Shown: positions 1 through 12,056 of the stretch, piece by piece
Numbering within the stretch: position 1 is the stretch's first letter
How the letters are laid out: every line of letters starts with the position of its first letter
Source of the DNA: Dicyema japonicum
Taxonomy: Eukaryota; Animalia; Dicyemida
Assembly: GCA_011109175.1 (NCBI GenBank)
Contig: RDEW01000010.1
Coordinates: 541,837-605,836 of the forward strand
DNA: 64,000 nt
Reading direction: 5' to 3'
Made by a program: the position numbers and the translations under genes
The notes under the pieces: generated by a model
Told to the model about the DNA's origin: nothing
The model's database searches: none
Seen by the model: only the letters and a program-made list of their open reading frames with translations

Positions 1-149
1 GGCAGTGAATGAATGGCTATTGACATATTGTGGCACAAAATAGTTGTGAGGAAATAAACAACAGCTGTGTAAAAAAGTGGGTTAACCTAAGGAAACAGGA
101 AATAATTTTTTATTACTAACTATGCCACATAGCGCCAACGTTAGTGTGG

Positions 150-425
150 TATGAAATTTTTTGTTTTTCTTCTGTTTCTCATTTTCCTTTTTGTCTCCAG
201 GGAGCTTGAATTGTTAGCGTGCGTCATGTGGTTCACCATCTCTGGAGGCGTCAGATATAATCTTAAATTATATCTAAAAGGACCATTAGTTAACAACCAT
301 CCTGAGGAGTTCAACCGGACGTCACTTCCTTCAAGTCCGAGCTTGCGAAGACTGTTGAGGGAGGCCGGGGTCACATGAATTTTTTTTAATTCTGGCTATG
401 ACGGTGTTTTTTTGGTTCAATAAAT
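150..425 (+). mobile_element. Short non-autonomous Ingi/Vingi-like derivative (S1)
   Basis: Carries the family 5' motif (gcgtcATGtggttcacc...ggaggcgtcag) fused to the family 3' end (gccggggtcacaTGA...ggtgtt...aataaa). A homologous copy lies at 54680-54880 on the minus strand. Confidence 0.7.
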
Positions 426-499
426 TTAATTCAACAAATGCGTGACGCAAAAGGATTGTAACATCTCTCATTGTAATCGATTTCTTTAAAATCACAAAA

Positions 500-2000
500 T
501 TAATCCGAATCGAACAACCAATGAGTTAATTTAATATCATGGGATGATCCACCAAAGACTGGATGTTTAAGCTCAGCTGTTGAAGACAATAGAGAATAGG
601 ATGCAACATTTCTGAATGTAAACACTCTAAACTGTTGTGTTTCCTAGAATAAAGGTAACATTTTCTTGATCCCAAAAGTTGCTGAACAAGAGTCGATCCA
701 GATCCTACGTGCATGGAGACTTCAATAGTTCTAATCTTCGGATTTCTGATTTCTCCTGAATTCGTCACTTTGTTGATGTTTCGAGCATGAAGACAAGGGT
801 TTTCATCTGTCGTAAAGTTATGTAGACATTGTCTGCAATAGTGGTACGTCACCAACTAGGTCCCCCGATCAATTAATCACTTGGCTGACCGAAATACTCA
901 ATTTTTAAATTTAAACATCAATTCAACGAAATTGTTATGGGTGTGACATAGATAATTAAACTATTTTAAAAATTGGAATTATCCACCTATTTTGCTTTAA
1001 AATTAATACAGTGATGAATATGATGACGAGTGGGATAATGAGTTCATTTCCAGTCACATTCATAAATTTATCTCCACGCATCCGCTTAAATGATCGATCA
1101 TCTGCATGAATCCGGTGGTTGTCTGTAAACATCTATCCATGTATGCGAGAATTATGTAATCTTCATAGAATAGCTCCCAAGCCATCTTTTCAATTTGCTT
1201 GGAATATCTGAGGCAAAGACCTTGCTTGTAAGTATCTCTCCTAAGATTGAGTTAAAAAAGCATACAAAAGTGTTTTGACCCCATGTTTGCATTGCGAGCC
1301 CTCCGAAATGAATCTTTTTAGTGTTGTGAGGTGAGTTGCCACTGAGATCTCTTTTGAAGTCGAAATGAGGCCATGGGAAAACATGGACGGACAGTATTTC
1401 ATTATTTTGTTAAGTTAATATCGGTTATTCTCCACATTTTGAAAGGCTTTTTTGCTTGACGTGAGTCTTTACCAGTTACGTTCTTGTCTTTTTTGACATT
1501 GTTAATTAGTCTTTTCGCCCAATGAGCGGGTTCCATCCATGACTTTGTATTTGTCTCTGTAGGCTTTTGATAAGATTTCTCTTTTTCTTATATAGTCATT
1601 GTGCAGTCGATCGACGTCTATTAATAGGACGATATACTTTATAATATAGCGTCAATTAACAAACCCACTAATTGGACAATAGAAAGGCGTGGATAATTTA
1701 CCTGTAAATTATCTTTTCGTATTTGAGGTATGTCGCAGAAAAGGTTGCTTGATAGGTTGTCCACTCTCACTAAATTTCGGTCGTCGTTCTAGTGGAGTGC
1801 CTACAGTGATATAAACTCTAAGTTGTAGCCGGTGACTCTTTTTACAGCTTCTATATTATGAATAACTTGTAGGAGAGAACGTGAAATTGCTATTGATCAC
1901 GGCGCACTTTCACAAGTCAGTATCGGCTGAATAATTTAGTTGGAGACGGTGGAGAAATATTGCATCCCAGTGTTTTTAAAATGTTATTTAAAATTGTAAT
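500..2000 (-). pseudogene. Possible highly decayed protein-primed DNA polymerase B (Polinton/Maverick-like) remnant
   Basis: Broken frames give VIHN..TGYNLEFI, HG/MEPAHW, IYECDW..HYP..HH.H and HYC.RQCL in the order of pPolB motifs. Many stops; weak by-eye similarity only. Confidence 0.25.
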
Positions 2001-2139
2001 CCTCATCATTACTGACGTCATCCACTTTTCCAAACCTTTAGCGAGAGTCTTTCGGTCAAACTTGACTGATTGTATGCTTGACGTGATGTATTAAAGGGAT
2101 ACTTGTGTTATTACTGATAACTTATTAGAGTCAGTTTAT

Positions 2140-2510
2140 ATGCATTAACTCTTGGCCAAAGAAAATCTCAATCAATAAATCACACAGACTTACTGATTGT
2201 GGACCAATAAGTCTGGACGTACTTGAAGCCCGCCGGTGCCTTTTTGGACATATTCTACGGATGGGTGATCTGATACCATGCAATACCGCCATAGAAGAAT
2301 TTTTCGGCCATACTGTATCTCCTGAATTCAGAGGACGTCCAAAAAGTTGTCTTCCAAGGACAATTGCGGATGATTAAGCAGTGATCGAAGGCTGACTGAT
2401 CGATGCAGACGATGTGGACGAAATCAGGAAACGAGCACGACAGCGAAAAGGATGGAGAAGACCAACGGAAAAGATAATCGAAAAACATGGCACAAGCAAA
2501 ACCATAAACA
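2140..2510 (+). mobile_element. RTE-type LINE 3' fragment
   Basis: Reads SWPKKIS...RRCLFGHILRM...RGRPK, matching the C-terminus of the RTE copy at 53640-54570. Confidence 0.65.
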
Positions 2511-3174
2511 ATGTTTAAGCGCGGATGTGCTTTAACTAACTAACTAAATAGCATCGTTGAGGAAGCTTCAAATATTACTTGATCGAACAATGGGATCAGA
2601 GTATCCAACATTTCCTTTAAGACCGGAATGTTTGTTAATATTCTTCATCCTAGATAGCAATGACTATATCATATATGTAGAAGAGCATTAACCAGTTTTA
2701 GTTACTAGATTGTAGCATATCATGCATGAGAAGGTTGAAGAGAGCCACTAAACGAGAAACTCCATTGGTCAGGAGACATGTCTTTAATTTCATGTTGTTA
2801 CAGATTGCTTGCCCTCGTCTTTTGCACGGCGTGTGAGTTCCTGTAGAAAATCAATAATGAGGTATCATTAATGACGGGGTTACTCGTCAAGCGGGAAGAA
2901 TCGTAAATGCATGGAACCTTCATCCTAAATAAACAGCAATGAGATTCAAATCCTGAAGCATCTGGAATCTCCCCGACACATACGACATGAGCCATCTTGG
3001 TATCACACATCAAAAATTAATAATGGATACTCCAACAAAATAAATTTTATTTCAAATTTTAAAAATTTAAGTTGAATTAGATAAAATGAAAATTATATAA
3101 AATTGGTTATTAAATCAAAATATATTTAAAAACTTTATTATCATTTTTGACACATACGGTCATTGTGGTCATAA

Positions 3175-6100
3175 ATGACGAGCGATAATAAACACCATAG
3201 GCCATTTAAAATGTGCTCACCATCCGAGAAGATAAACCATACAATAGACTGCATAACCTGCTACGAAAAGTCAAGTGATAGCGGGAAAAGTCAAGTCGGT
3301 AACTAATTCATAAATGACCTAAAAGAAACCATAGTTTTTGTTGGGACACGAAATGGCTCATTACTTGAGTATCGTGCTGATATTCTGAACGGTAATTTTT
3401 ATTTAAAAACAGTAAGGTTATTTTACCCTGGATTTGGTTAACTCGCAGAAAAATTTCTCAAAGAAACCGATCGTAAATTTTTTCTCATTTTAGATTCAAC
3501 TTTTAGCCTTATACGACCAGAATCATTTGGTCTGCCTTACAGGTATTGTTAATTTTCTTAACCAAGACGGCTTCGTCTGGATTTACAACCTCACGGACAG
3601 ATCTCTAATCCAAAAAGTGAATGAGACCAAAGGAGCGATATTATTCACACTGGAACACGTTTTTGAAGTGATTTATTTTAGAGAGTCGTCGATATTAAAA
3701 GAAAAAAGTATCCTGGTCGGATTTGCATTCTTCTGAACCGCACTATCGAGCTCTACCACTGGAAGTCCCGATATATATACCTGGTTTTCTTTTCTTTATC
3801 ACGTGCAGAGAAGTTTCATTGTTGTAGAGCAGCCCAAATGTCTTCTTTGGCACCTAAGAAACATTTTCATCGGTTTAAAGAGCGATTATTATCGCGTTAA
3901 CGTGAAAATCGTATTTACGCCGTAGATCAACGACGGATCCGTTAAGGAAATTTTCTCAGAGGGATATTCTCCGTACCCGGCCATTGAGGCCGTTGGGAGT
4001 TCGTCTTTGGCTTTTTCCCGTGATAAGGCGACCTACTTAATCACGGATTTTGATGGAGTTCACCAAACAATAAACTGGACGGAATCTCCTTATAATATAG
4101 GTATTCCTTCGTTTTTTTAAGGAGTAAGCTTTTTTCTCTCCGTTTTTGGTTGGATTTATGTACAACAAGGTGGTAGTCTACGAAATGGACAGCTTTACCT
4201 TGATCGATAACATTGAAACTAAGAAAACCTTCAAATCATTTTGCAAGACCTCCAAGGCAATATTTCTCTCGACCTCCGACGGGATCTACGCGCTCTCCCT
4301 GGTTCCAATTTTCCAGCAGATCAACACTCTTTTGCAGTCACACAACTTTTCATTGGCGATAAGAATTCAGGTATTTGGTGTCCCTATTTCAGAACGACAT
4401 TGGAGAAAGGTCAACGGACGACATCGTCTACAGGAGGATCAACCAGAGGAAGGCGTTTCATCTGTTTTCCAATCGCCATTATGACGAGGCCTTTCAAACT
4501 TTTAAATTCCTGGACATCGGTGATTTCACTATCCTCATTTCAGATCCTCTCCACATCATCGGGATTTACTGGAAGCTCGTGTCAACCGAATTTCTCACAA
4601 GGGCGAACATTCCCCAATTCAACTTGGACATTGAAGAAAACATCATTTACAGTACTCAGTCTCTCGCTGCTCTCATTAAATTTCTATACTCCGTTTAATT
4701 CCTGTCTTCAACAAAGTACCGGGTAAAACTGGAAAATGGACTAAAGATCGGCTGTTATCCGCTTTTTGGCGACGTATCAATGGTTTACTCTTCACTTTCC
4801 ACGATTATTGACACTATACTGCTTAGTTGCCATATTCGGGTACATATTAAACCTTTCTTGGCAGATCGATGACCGAATAGTGGTTTCCTTACTACGAGTT
4901 AAGAACAGCTGCGACATCAGCGAGTCTGAGCGAATTTTAGAAGGAAGTGACCACGTGAACGAGCTCTTGATTCTCTACAGAATCAATAATCTCCATCTTA
5001 GGGGTTTTATGAGCTTTAAACATTCCAGCATTCAACCTGTTACAAAATAGAATCACAGTAAGCTGGAGTCCGACGTTTCCGCGATTTCGGATCTTCAGTT
5101 ATATGTCGAATATTTGGAGTTAATGGGTTTTATTTATTTTTACTAATTTAGAGACACATAACCGGTCTATAGTGTTTCAACAGCTCATGTGGATCTGGGA
5201 CTTGTGCAAATGGGAGAAAGGGATCCTTCATGTTAAATGTTCACATTTTACTCCCAGATTTTGACAAGTCATCTTATGAGTGAGACAAATCAGCTCCAAC
5301 TTAGAGTTCTGCAGTTTATCGACGAGAAAATTCCGTCTCTCAGACTGAAATACCTCGTTTTTTTGATTCTGTAATTCTCAGGAAAAGCAGGTCCTTGAAT
5401 TCGACACTAAGGAAAGATACCTGCACGAGGAACTATGCACAATGTACATGGACATCATTAACAGTGAAAATTCGCCTGAACCGATTCTCAGGGACAATTT
5501 TAAAACTCTTCTGAGCTCTTCCAATCTGTATGAACCAACCGAAGTTATGAATCGTCTCCCAAAGATCGGATTTTATGAGGAAAAGAGCGTCGTTTATGAA
5601 AAGATGGGCCTTCACACTGCAGCCCTGGCAGTAATAATCTTCGTCCTAGACGACTATAAAAATGCTCTTAGGTTACCTTAAATTTTGTACTTTAGATATT
5701 GCGGGCGTCATAAGGAGGAAAATGTATTTCAAGTTCTTATTTTAGCTTTACAACATATTGTTTGTGTTGCTAACCCGGAAGGAGGAGGAACACATTGATC
5801 CCGAGTTTATGGACAAGGATGTCACGAACTTTATGACTGACATGCTGAACCATCACTCGGATAAGCTGGACTGTTCTATTGTATAAGCTCGATATTAAAT
5901 TTTTAGGTCTTGAACAGTATAAGTGAGGATGTTCTCCTAGAGAAGGTTGGGGGATATTTGTCAAAAGTCCTGAATTACCGCCAGAAAAGCAGTTTCCGTA
6001 TGAGAAAGCATCTTACTGAGCATTTTTCGGCACTGGTTTTGGAGATTTTCTGTATTTAGGCGATGGAGGATCATCGAAGGACTTCAACGACGTGTGTTAC

Positions 6101-6212
6101 TATAACAACGGGCACTATATGTGCTGGTTGTTCTAAGAATATTGGACAGTCTGCCTTTGTTTTACTGCCAGATGGGTCCCTGCAACATTATTTTTGTTAC
6201 TCAAAATCATGA
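3175..6212 (+). CDS. VPS39: Vacuolar protein sorting 39 (Vam6/HOPS subunit), many micro-introns
   Basis: Spliced translation gives IDCITCY..VFVGTRNG (CNH start), YLEKQV..LHEELCTMY (clathrin-repeat region) and C-terminal C..C.KNIGQSAF.LLPDGSLQHYFC. GT-AG introns of 22-27 nt. Confidence 0.9.
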
Positions 6213-6572
6213 TTTTTTTTATTTTTAATATATTATTTCTTTATTTTATGTCTCAAGATCTCAGATAACTTATGTTCTGAGAGGTATATTAGTCAGTTTC
6301 TACTCCTCGGCTGCCAGTAGGTTGATAATAGATTAATAGTCAACGATGTTTATTTTCCAAAAATGTAAAACACCCCTTCCGATAAGGAGTAGGTAATGTT
6401 TTCATCTTGAGCAGATCTCACATTTTATTTTAAGAAGTAATTACATTAATTAATTAGTTATCTAGCACATCCTTCTTTTACAAAAATCTTTACCAGCCAT
6501 TTACATGACTTCCACTTTCTCTTCGCCTCGCCAATATAATGAGTTGTCCGCTCTTCCAGTCGAATAATCAAC

Positions 6573-6915
6573 TCAGGAAATTTGTGTCAACAGATCAAGA
6601 TTAAAAAATATGGTGGAATTAGAGATCGTTTTCGTTTTGTACCGGTGGAAATCAAAATGTCTGGTCCTGCGGGAAGTATCACAGCCTCTTTCCTGAAGAA
6701 AATCGAGGGGAAATTGGCCCGTTGTAAAAAAAACGTGCGGGAAGCGGTCTGGCTGAGGCAACGAATTGGGATTGCAGTTGTCTGCGGAAACACTTATTAC
6801 GTAATGTCAGCATCCACTCTTCCTCGTTAATGTCAATAAATAATATTTTATTTAAAAAAAACACACAAAACTGATGTTTGAATTTTGCGAGAGACTAGGC
6901 TTATTAAATCTTTAT
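6573..6915 (+). mobile_element. CRE-type (restriction-like endonuclease) LINE 3' fragment
   Basis: KIKKY...FVPVEIKMSG...WLRQRIGIAVVCGN, the RLE C-terminal motif. Duplicated across the N gap. Confidence 0.65.
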
Positions 6916-7070
6916 NNNNNNNNNNNNNNNNNNNNNNNNNNNNNNNNNNNNNNNNNNNNNNNNNNNNNNNNNNNNNNNNNNNNNNNNNNNNNNNNNNNNN
7001 NNNNNNNNNNNNNNNNNNNNNNNNNNNNNNNNNNNNNNNNNNNNNNNNNNNNNNNNNNNNNNNNNNNNNN

Positions 7071-7470
7071 GAACAATCAACTCAGGAAATTACGTGTCAC
7101 AAATCAAGATTAAAGAATATGGTGGAATTAGAGATCGTTTTCGTTTTGTACCGGTGGAAATCAAAATGTCTGGTCCTGCGGGAAGTATCACAGCCTCTTT
7201 CCTGAAGAAAATCGAGGGGAAATTGGCCCATTGTAAAAAAAACGTGCGGGAAGCGGTCTGGCTGAGGCAACGAATTAGGATTGCAGTTGTCCGCGGAAAC
7301 ACTTATTACGTAATGTCAGCATCTACTTTTCCTTGTTAATGTCAATAAATAATATTTTATTTAAAAAAAACACACAAGACTGATGTTTGAATTTCGCGAG
7401 AGACTAGGCTTATTAAATCTTTATTTACTAAACTTGCTTTGCAATTCCCTGTCAAAAAAAGTTCCTACTA
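7071..7470 (+). mobile_element. CRE-type LINE 3' fragment (near-identical to 6573-6915)
   Basis: Same RLE motif. Its 3' UTR is shared with the copy at 23560-24060. Confidence 0.65.
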
Positions 7471-7603
7471 CAGCTTGGACATTAATAATAGCCCATGTAT
7501 TTTTTTAGTAAAGGCATTTAAATGCATCGCCAAGTTCTCTCTGGTGTAATTGAGACTGAGTGGATAAAATATTTTCGATTATATAAAAAACGGAAAAAAA
7601 CTC

Positions 7604-7950
7604 TTGTCTGAGACGTTACCAGACCGACAGGTTTACCTCTTGCAACCTACCTGTTCTGCCGCTGAGAAGGCCGAAAAGATGAAACGGGAAAAGTACGCAG
7701 TCCTACCAAAGGATTTTTTGTTTGTTCCACTCGCCGTTGAGACGTCTGGTTCCCTTTCGCCTGCGACGCAGGAATTCTTGAGTCGTCTAGGGAATCGGAT
7801 CGCTACACGAACAGGAGACCTTCGTGAGCGTTGCTGGTTATTTGAGCGAATTTCGCTCGCCATCCTGAGAGGAAATAGCCACGCAGTCAGGGCAGCCTTT
7901 ATATAACCGTTTACACTCTTTTTTTGCAGTAATAAAAGTTATTAAATAAA
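7604..7950 (+). mobile_element. CRE-type LINE 3' fragment, second subfamily
   Basis: AEKMKREKY...FVPLAVETSG...LFERISLAILRGNSHAV. Confidence 0.75.
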
Positions 7951-8110
7951 CTCTATATAAGAGAAAGATTTTGTAAACAAACAAAAATTATTGTTAGTTC
8001 TCTATCGAAAATCTTAGAACTGTAATGAGATTGTTTATCTCATCGTTGTCATTTATTTAATAATGATGTATTGAAGACTATTTCTGTGGTGAAGAATAAT
8101 CATTGAACCA

Positions 8111-8181
8111 GCACCGTTGGTCTAATGGTATGATGTTCGCTTCCCATGTGAACGATCCGGGTTCGATTCCCGGGTGGCGCA
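8111..8181 (+). tRNA. tRNA-Gly(CCC)
   Basis: Cloverleaf with A box TGGTCTAATGG, anticodon loop TTCCCAT, T loop GGTTCGATTCC, and a T5 terminator immediately downstream. One acceptor-stem mismatch. Confidence 0.85.
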
Positions 8182-8279
8182 TTTTTCCTCAACCGCGAAT
8201 CCTTTTTCTTAAGGGACTCTTCCAAACCACGAAATTTGTTTTTAATATCGGATCTCTAATCAAATGCCTGAGTCAAGAT

Positions 8280-8660
8280 GAGAGCACGTCTCAACCACGT
8301 GGAGCCTCTGAAAGTCATAATGCCTTGGCAAAAAGACCGTACAGGTCCATCTGCAAAGATAAATATGAAAGGCTTCTAACCCATAAAACCAACACTGACG
8401 TGCCTGTTTAGTCACTGGAAGATGCGTGGCGGACGATTGATGCCCTTCCAGTCAGTAACGTCGGGACCCACCTTATTGACGATACTGTCCGGTTCCATTC
8501 GAGGAGGAAAATCATTTGTATGGGATGCTACGTGCATCGACCCCGTTTTTCCATCCAACATTGTCGAGAGCACGGTAGACACATTGTATGACGCGGAAAA
8601 AGCAATGAAAGCAAGCAAGGAAAAAATATGTGTAATCACTACCAGGCGAACTATTAGGTG
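8280..8660 (+). mobile_element. CRE-type LINE RLE fragment
   Basis: HNAL...; GKSFVWDATCIDP...AEKAMKASKEKI. Confidence 0.6.
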
Positions 8661-9229
8661 TAGATATGTCTCTATAGCATTAGGCTAAGACGAGTCTCTG
8701 TTGGAGCTTGTCGGGATCACGTGAGTAGGTACTTTTATGTTACCGTGGTTTTCTGAATTTTAATTTAATAATTTTTAAGTAAGAGAACTTGGGTTCATTT
8801 GTTACAGTTGCAGGCAGTTTAATCCAAATTTCTAACTAATTTTTGCATTTCGGGTCTTTTTCCGAAAAGTGGCCACTCATTCATGCCTCAAATGATCCAC
8901 GACTGGGTTTCTAGTAACGCTATCAAGGCTTTGTTTTCAATAAGCTTCCCATGTATCCGCCTCCGAACATCGATAGAATGAAACTCATTAAACAAAGAAA
9001 AATTAAATTCATTTAACGGGCCTCACTGTGGTCCCCATACATACAAGATTATATAAAAAATCGGACTCGTCAGTGCCTCTTCCCGTTTTCTTTTAAATTA
9101 CAAGACGGGTAATTTATTTTTTTGCCCTGGTCCATCAATTTCCCCATTGTAGCAGATCATTTAACTGATATCTGAAACCTCCATTTTTGTAAGAACATAA
9201 GGGCATCCGTGGATACCATCGAGAGTCTA

Positions 9230-9560
9230 AGACAGCACAGTGTAGAATATGTCAATCCGATCTGGATTTTCGCGGTTATGCCCATTGGTGGGAGCGTTAA
9301 CATTTATTATTGCTGCTAATTTATTGATAATCCATATTTGGATTATACAAATCCTGTCATTGTTTTTCCAAATCTTTTCTATTGTAAAGTCCATACCACA
9401 GTGCCTACAATCTGGTCCCATAAACATCTTATCAAGTTTTGGCGGATACTTTAGTTTCCTGAAGGCATGCAACAACCACTCCCTAATGCTGTAGATCTTG
9501 GCTGAATTTTTCGTATTTTAGAACGGATTCCTCTACCATTGGAAGTCAATAAGCTGAAAT
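9230..9560 (-). mobile_element. RTE-type APE endonuclease fragment
   Basis: ACLQETK...INVNAPTN...NPDRIDIFY. Confidence 0.6.
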
Positions 9561-9769
9561 TCTTTCATCCACAGTGTTTTTAGACATTACCAGCATTAAG
9601 TACTAGAGAAGGACGGCACTACCTCTACCAAGCTTATGGAATTTTATTATTTATTGTGACGACCGATTGAGAACGAGTTTAGGCTGAGAAAGAGGCGCAA
9701 AATCGATTTTGCCGTTGCGACGTAAAACCGCAAAATATATTAATTAGCCAAGTAAGAATTTTATTTTTT

Positions 9770-10010
9770 TAGATACAAAAATTTTATTTAAACACAAAAA
9801 CTAGCAGTTAACAACTGCTGGCTGCTCTCATAATTGAAAACGCATTTCCCTGACGATTTGCAAAGAAATGCGCTCAATGAGCGAGCTTTTCTTCTATTGT
9901 TTTTCTTATTCGCGATGAGCGAGCCGATCCTGTTTAGCAGGGTCAGTGCCCTGCTTCCATGATTCCTGTCGTTTCGACTGCCACTGGTTCGAGGATTAAT
10001 TGTCTCCAAG
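9770..10010 (-). mobile_element. CRE-type LINE 3' fragment
   Basis: With one frameshift it reads EPVAVETTGI.GS.AL.LL.RIG...ERISLQIVRGNAF. Confidence 0.65.
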
Positions 10011-11150
10011 AAATGTCATGTTATGTTGTCCAATTTAGTCGTGACCGACCCTTGGAGATCTCATGAACGAGTTTCCTCACTCTCCCCGATCCGTTGCAAT
10101 TTGGAGTAGCCTTGATATAGGCATTCCTGTGACGTCTTCCACCGTGGATAGCCACCGAGTCCTTGGTAGGCCAGGTCTTCTATTCCCAGTAATATTGCTC
10201 AGCATAATGGTTCTTTCCAATGAATCAGAGCGGACAACATGCCCAAAGAACGCCAATCTGTGTTTTACGATTCTTCCCTCTAGCGAAATGTCAGTCTCTA
10301 CCCGTTTGAGTACATTGATGGTTGTTACTTTGGAGGTCCAAGGGATTCTTAGTAACCTCCTTCAGCACCACAGCTCAAAAGCATTAATTCTTCGCCTAAT
10401 CCGCCTTTTTTCAATGTCCATGATTCTGCGCCGTACAAAAAAACCAGGAACACGATTGCATTAACTAATCTGCATTTGGTCCTTATGGAAATATCTTTGT
10501 TTTTCCAAATTCTATTCATTCTCTGGAAGGTGTCTCGTCCCCATGGCAATTCGCCTCTTGATTTCTAGGCCTCCGTCACCATTCCGATTAATTATACATC
10601 CCAGAAAGACAACATTATTGCAACTCTCTATTTTCTTGTTCCCAATTTTTAGTTCCATTTATTAGCAGTAGTCATAATTTTGTCTTCTGATATTTAGCAA
10701 TAAACCAAAGACGGCGCTCTCTTCTTCTGAATCTTAGAATCAAGTTCCTGAGGCCATCCTCTGTTTCAGCCAGTAAGGTTGTATCGTCAGCATAGCGCAA
10801 AGCATGTGATCCAATACAAGTCTCCCCATTCCGTACTTTACCAACTCTGGCATTCCAGTCTCCAATAACGTCAGATATGACGAACGAAAGTGAGTCATAT
10901 GTCCCTGTCAAAACATGAGTAAAAACGCACCAAGTTCTTCAGGATTGGCATCAGCCCGGACAGCGGTCGGAGCATAAACATTGATGATAGAAATAACAGA
11001 GTTGGGGCTTTGTTCCAAACTTCAGTTGCATGACTGCAATACGATCCGAGACAGCCCATACGCGTGTCACACGGTCGTAAAGATTATTTTGGTTGAGGTG
11101 GTGACGTCCCTCTTTGAAAATATGTTCTTCTTCGCGCTTAATTACCCGTT
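10010..11150 (-). mobile_element. Internally deleted RTE (BovB-like) LINE
   Basis: SDRIAVMQL and VIGDWNARVG (APE); LRYADDTTLLAE (RT); KDISIRTKCRLV..VFLYGAESWT; FFGHVVR..GNRRPG.PRTRW. Confidence 0.85.
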
Positions 11151-11164
11151 TTCCCATTCTCTCT

Positions 11165-11378
11165 TGGTACTTTCAACACTCGAGGCTTGAAGTTCATCAC
11201 CAAAAAACATCAACTCGCACGTGATTTATCTATCTATGGTGTCAGTATTTGCTGCATTCAAGAGACAAAGATTACAGCATATTCTATTACGAAATTGGAT
11301 GATTACTACATGATCACTTTGGAGTCTGACTTCCGACATTATGGTCTTGGATTTGCGGTACACAGGAGTGCAATGTAA
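11165..11378 (+). mobile_element. RTE-type APE N-terminal fragment
   Basis: GTFNTRGL...SICCIQETK...HYGLGFAV. Confidence 0.65.
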
Positions 11379-12056
11379 AAATCTTCGCAATATACCCCCT
11401 CCCTTAAATTCTTCCTTGGTAATAAAAATCGTATACTAATAAAAGTAGGGATCACTTCCCAAGATTGCTAAAACATGTGAAGTGGAAAAACTCCACAAAT
11501 ACGACCTTCTGGCAAAGAACTAAGCACAAATTCACAAGGCCGATGGTGACAATAATTCGATTTTTTGACATGGGATGGAGTAGTAAAAAGTACTAACAAG
11601 TCCTATATGGAAAAGATTCAACGTGGATGTCTCTACAAGGGTGTACATCCAATCAATGACGATTAAAAAAACTTTAGAGAGCATGATAATCGAGATAGAC
11701 TGGGCTGAAAGTTGATAACTATGATGAGGTTACAAGAATGACTAATCATCTTATCTCAAGAGGCTCTGAACTCGGAGGTGACGACGAAGAGGAACCAGGA
11801 AAAACAGCTGTTTTGTCTAGTGATTTGGTTTTTCAAGTAATATCTGAAGGGAACAGTGAGGTGTTACAAAGAGGCCAATGCCCTAAAAAGGAGAAAATTC
11901 AGCTTGCATAGTGTTATTAAATACAATTGATTTTATTTAGTTTTAATTTATAAAGATCGCTTTACTAAATTTTTTTAATTTTTTTCTAATAAGGATATTT
12001 ATAACATTATTACAATTACATCGTAGTGGAATTTTTAAGAAGATTCCGAATTAAAC

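Noticed and set aside
1000-1620. Frames that read through if TAA/TAG encode Gln (ciliate-type code)
   Set aside because: GFOD, RBBP4, MALSU1 and eIF4G have no internal TAA/TAG after splicing and end in TAA or TAG, so the standard code fits.
6573-7425. Near-identical tandem duplication across a 155-N gap
   Set aside because: Typical uncollapsed overlap at a scaffold gap. It cannot be taken as a real tandem array.
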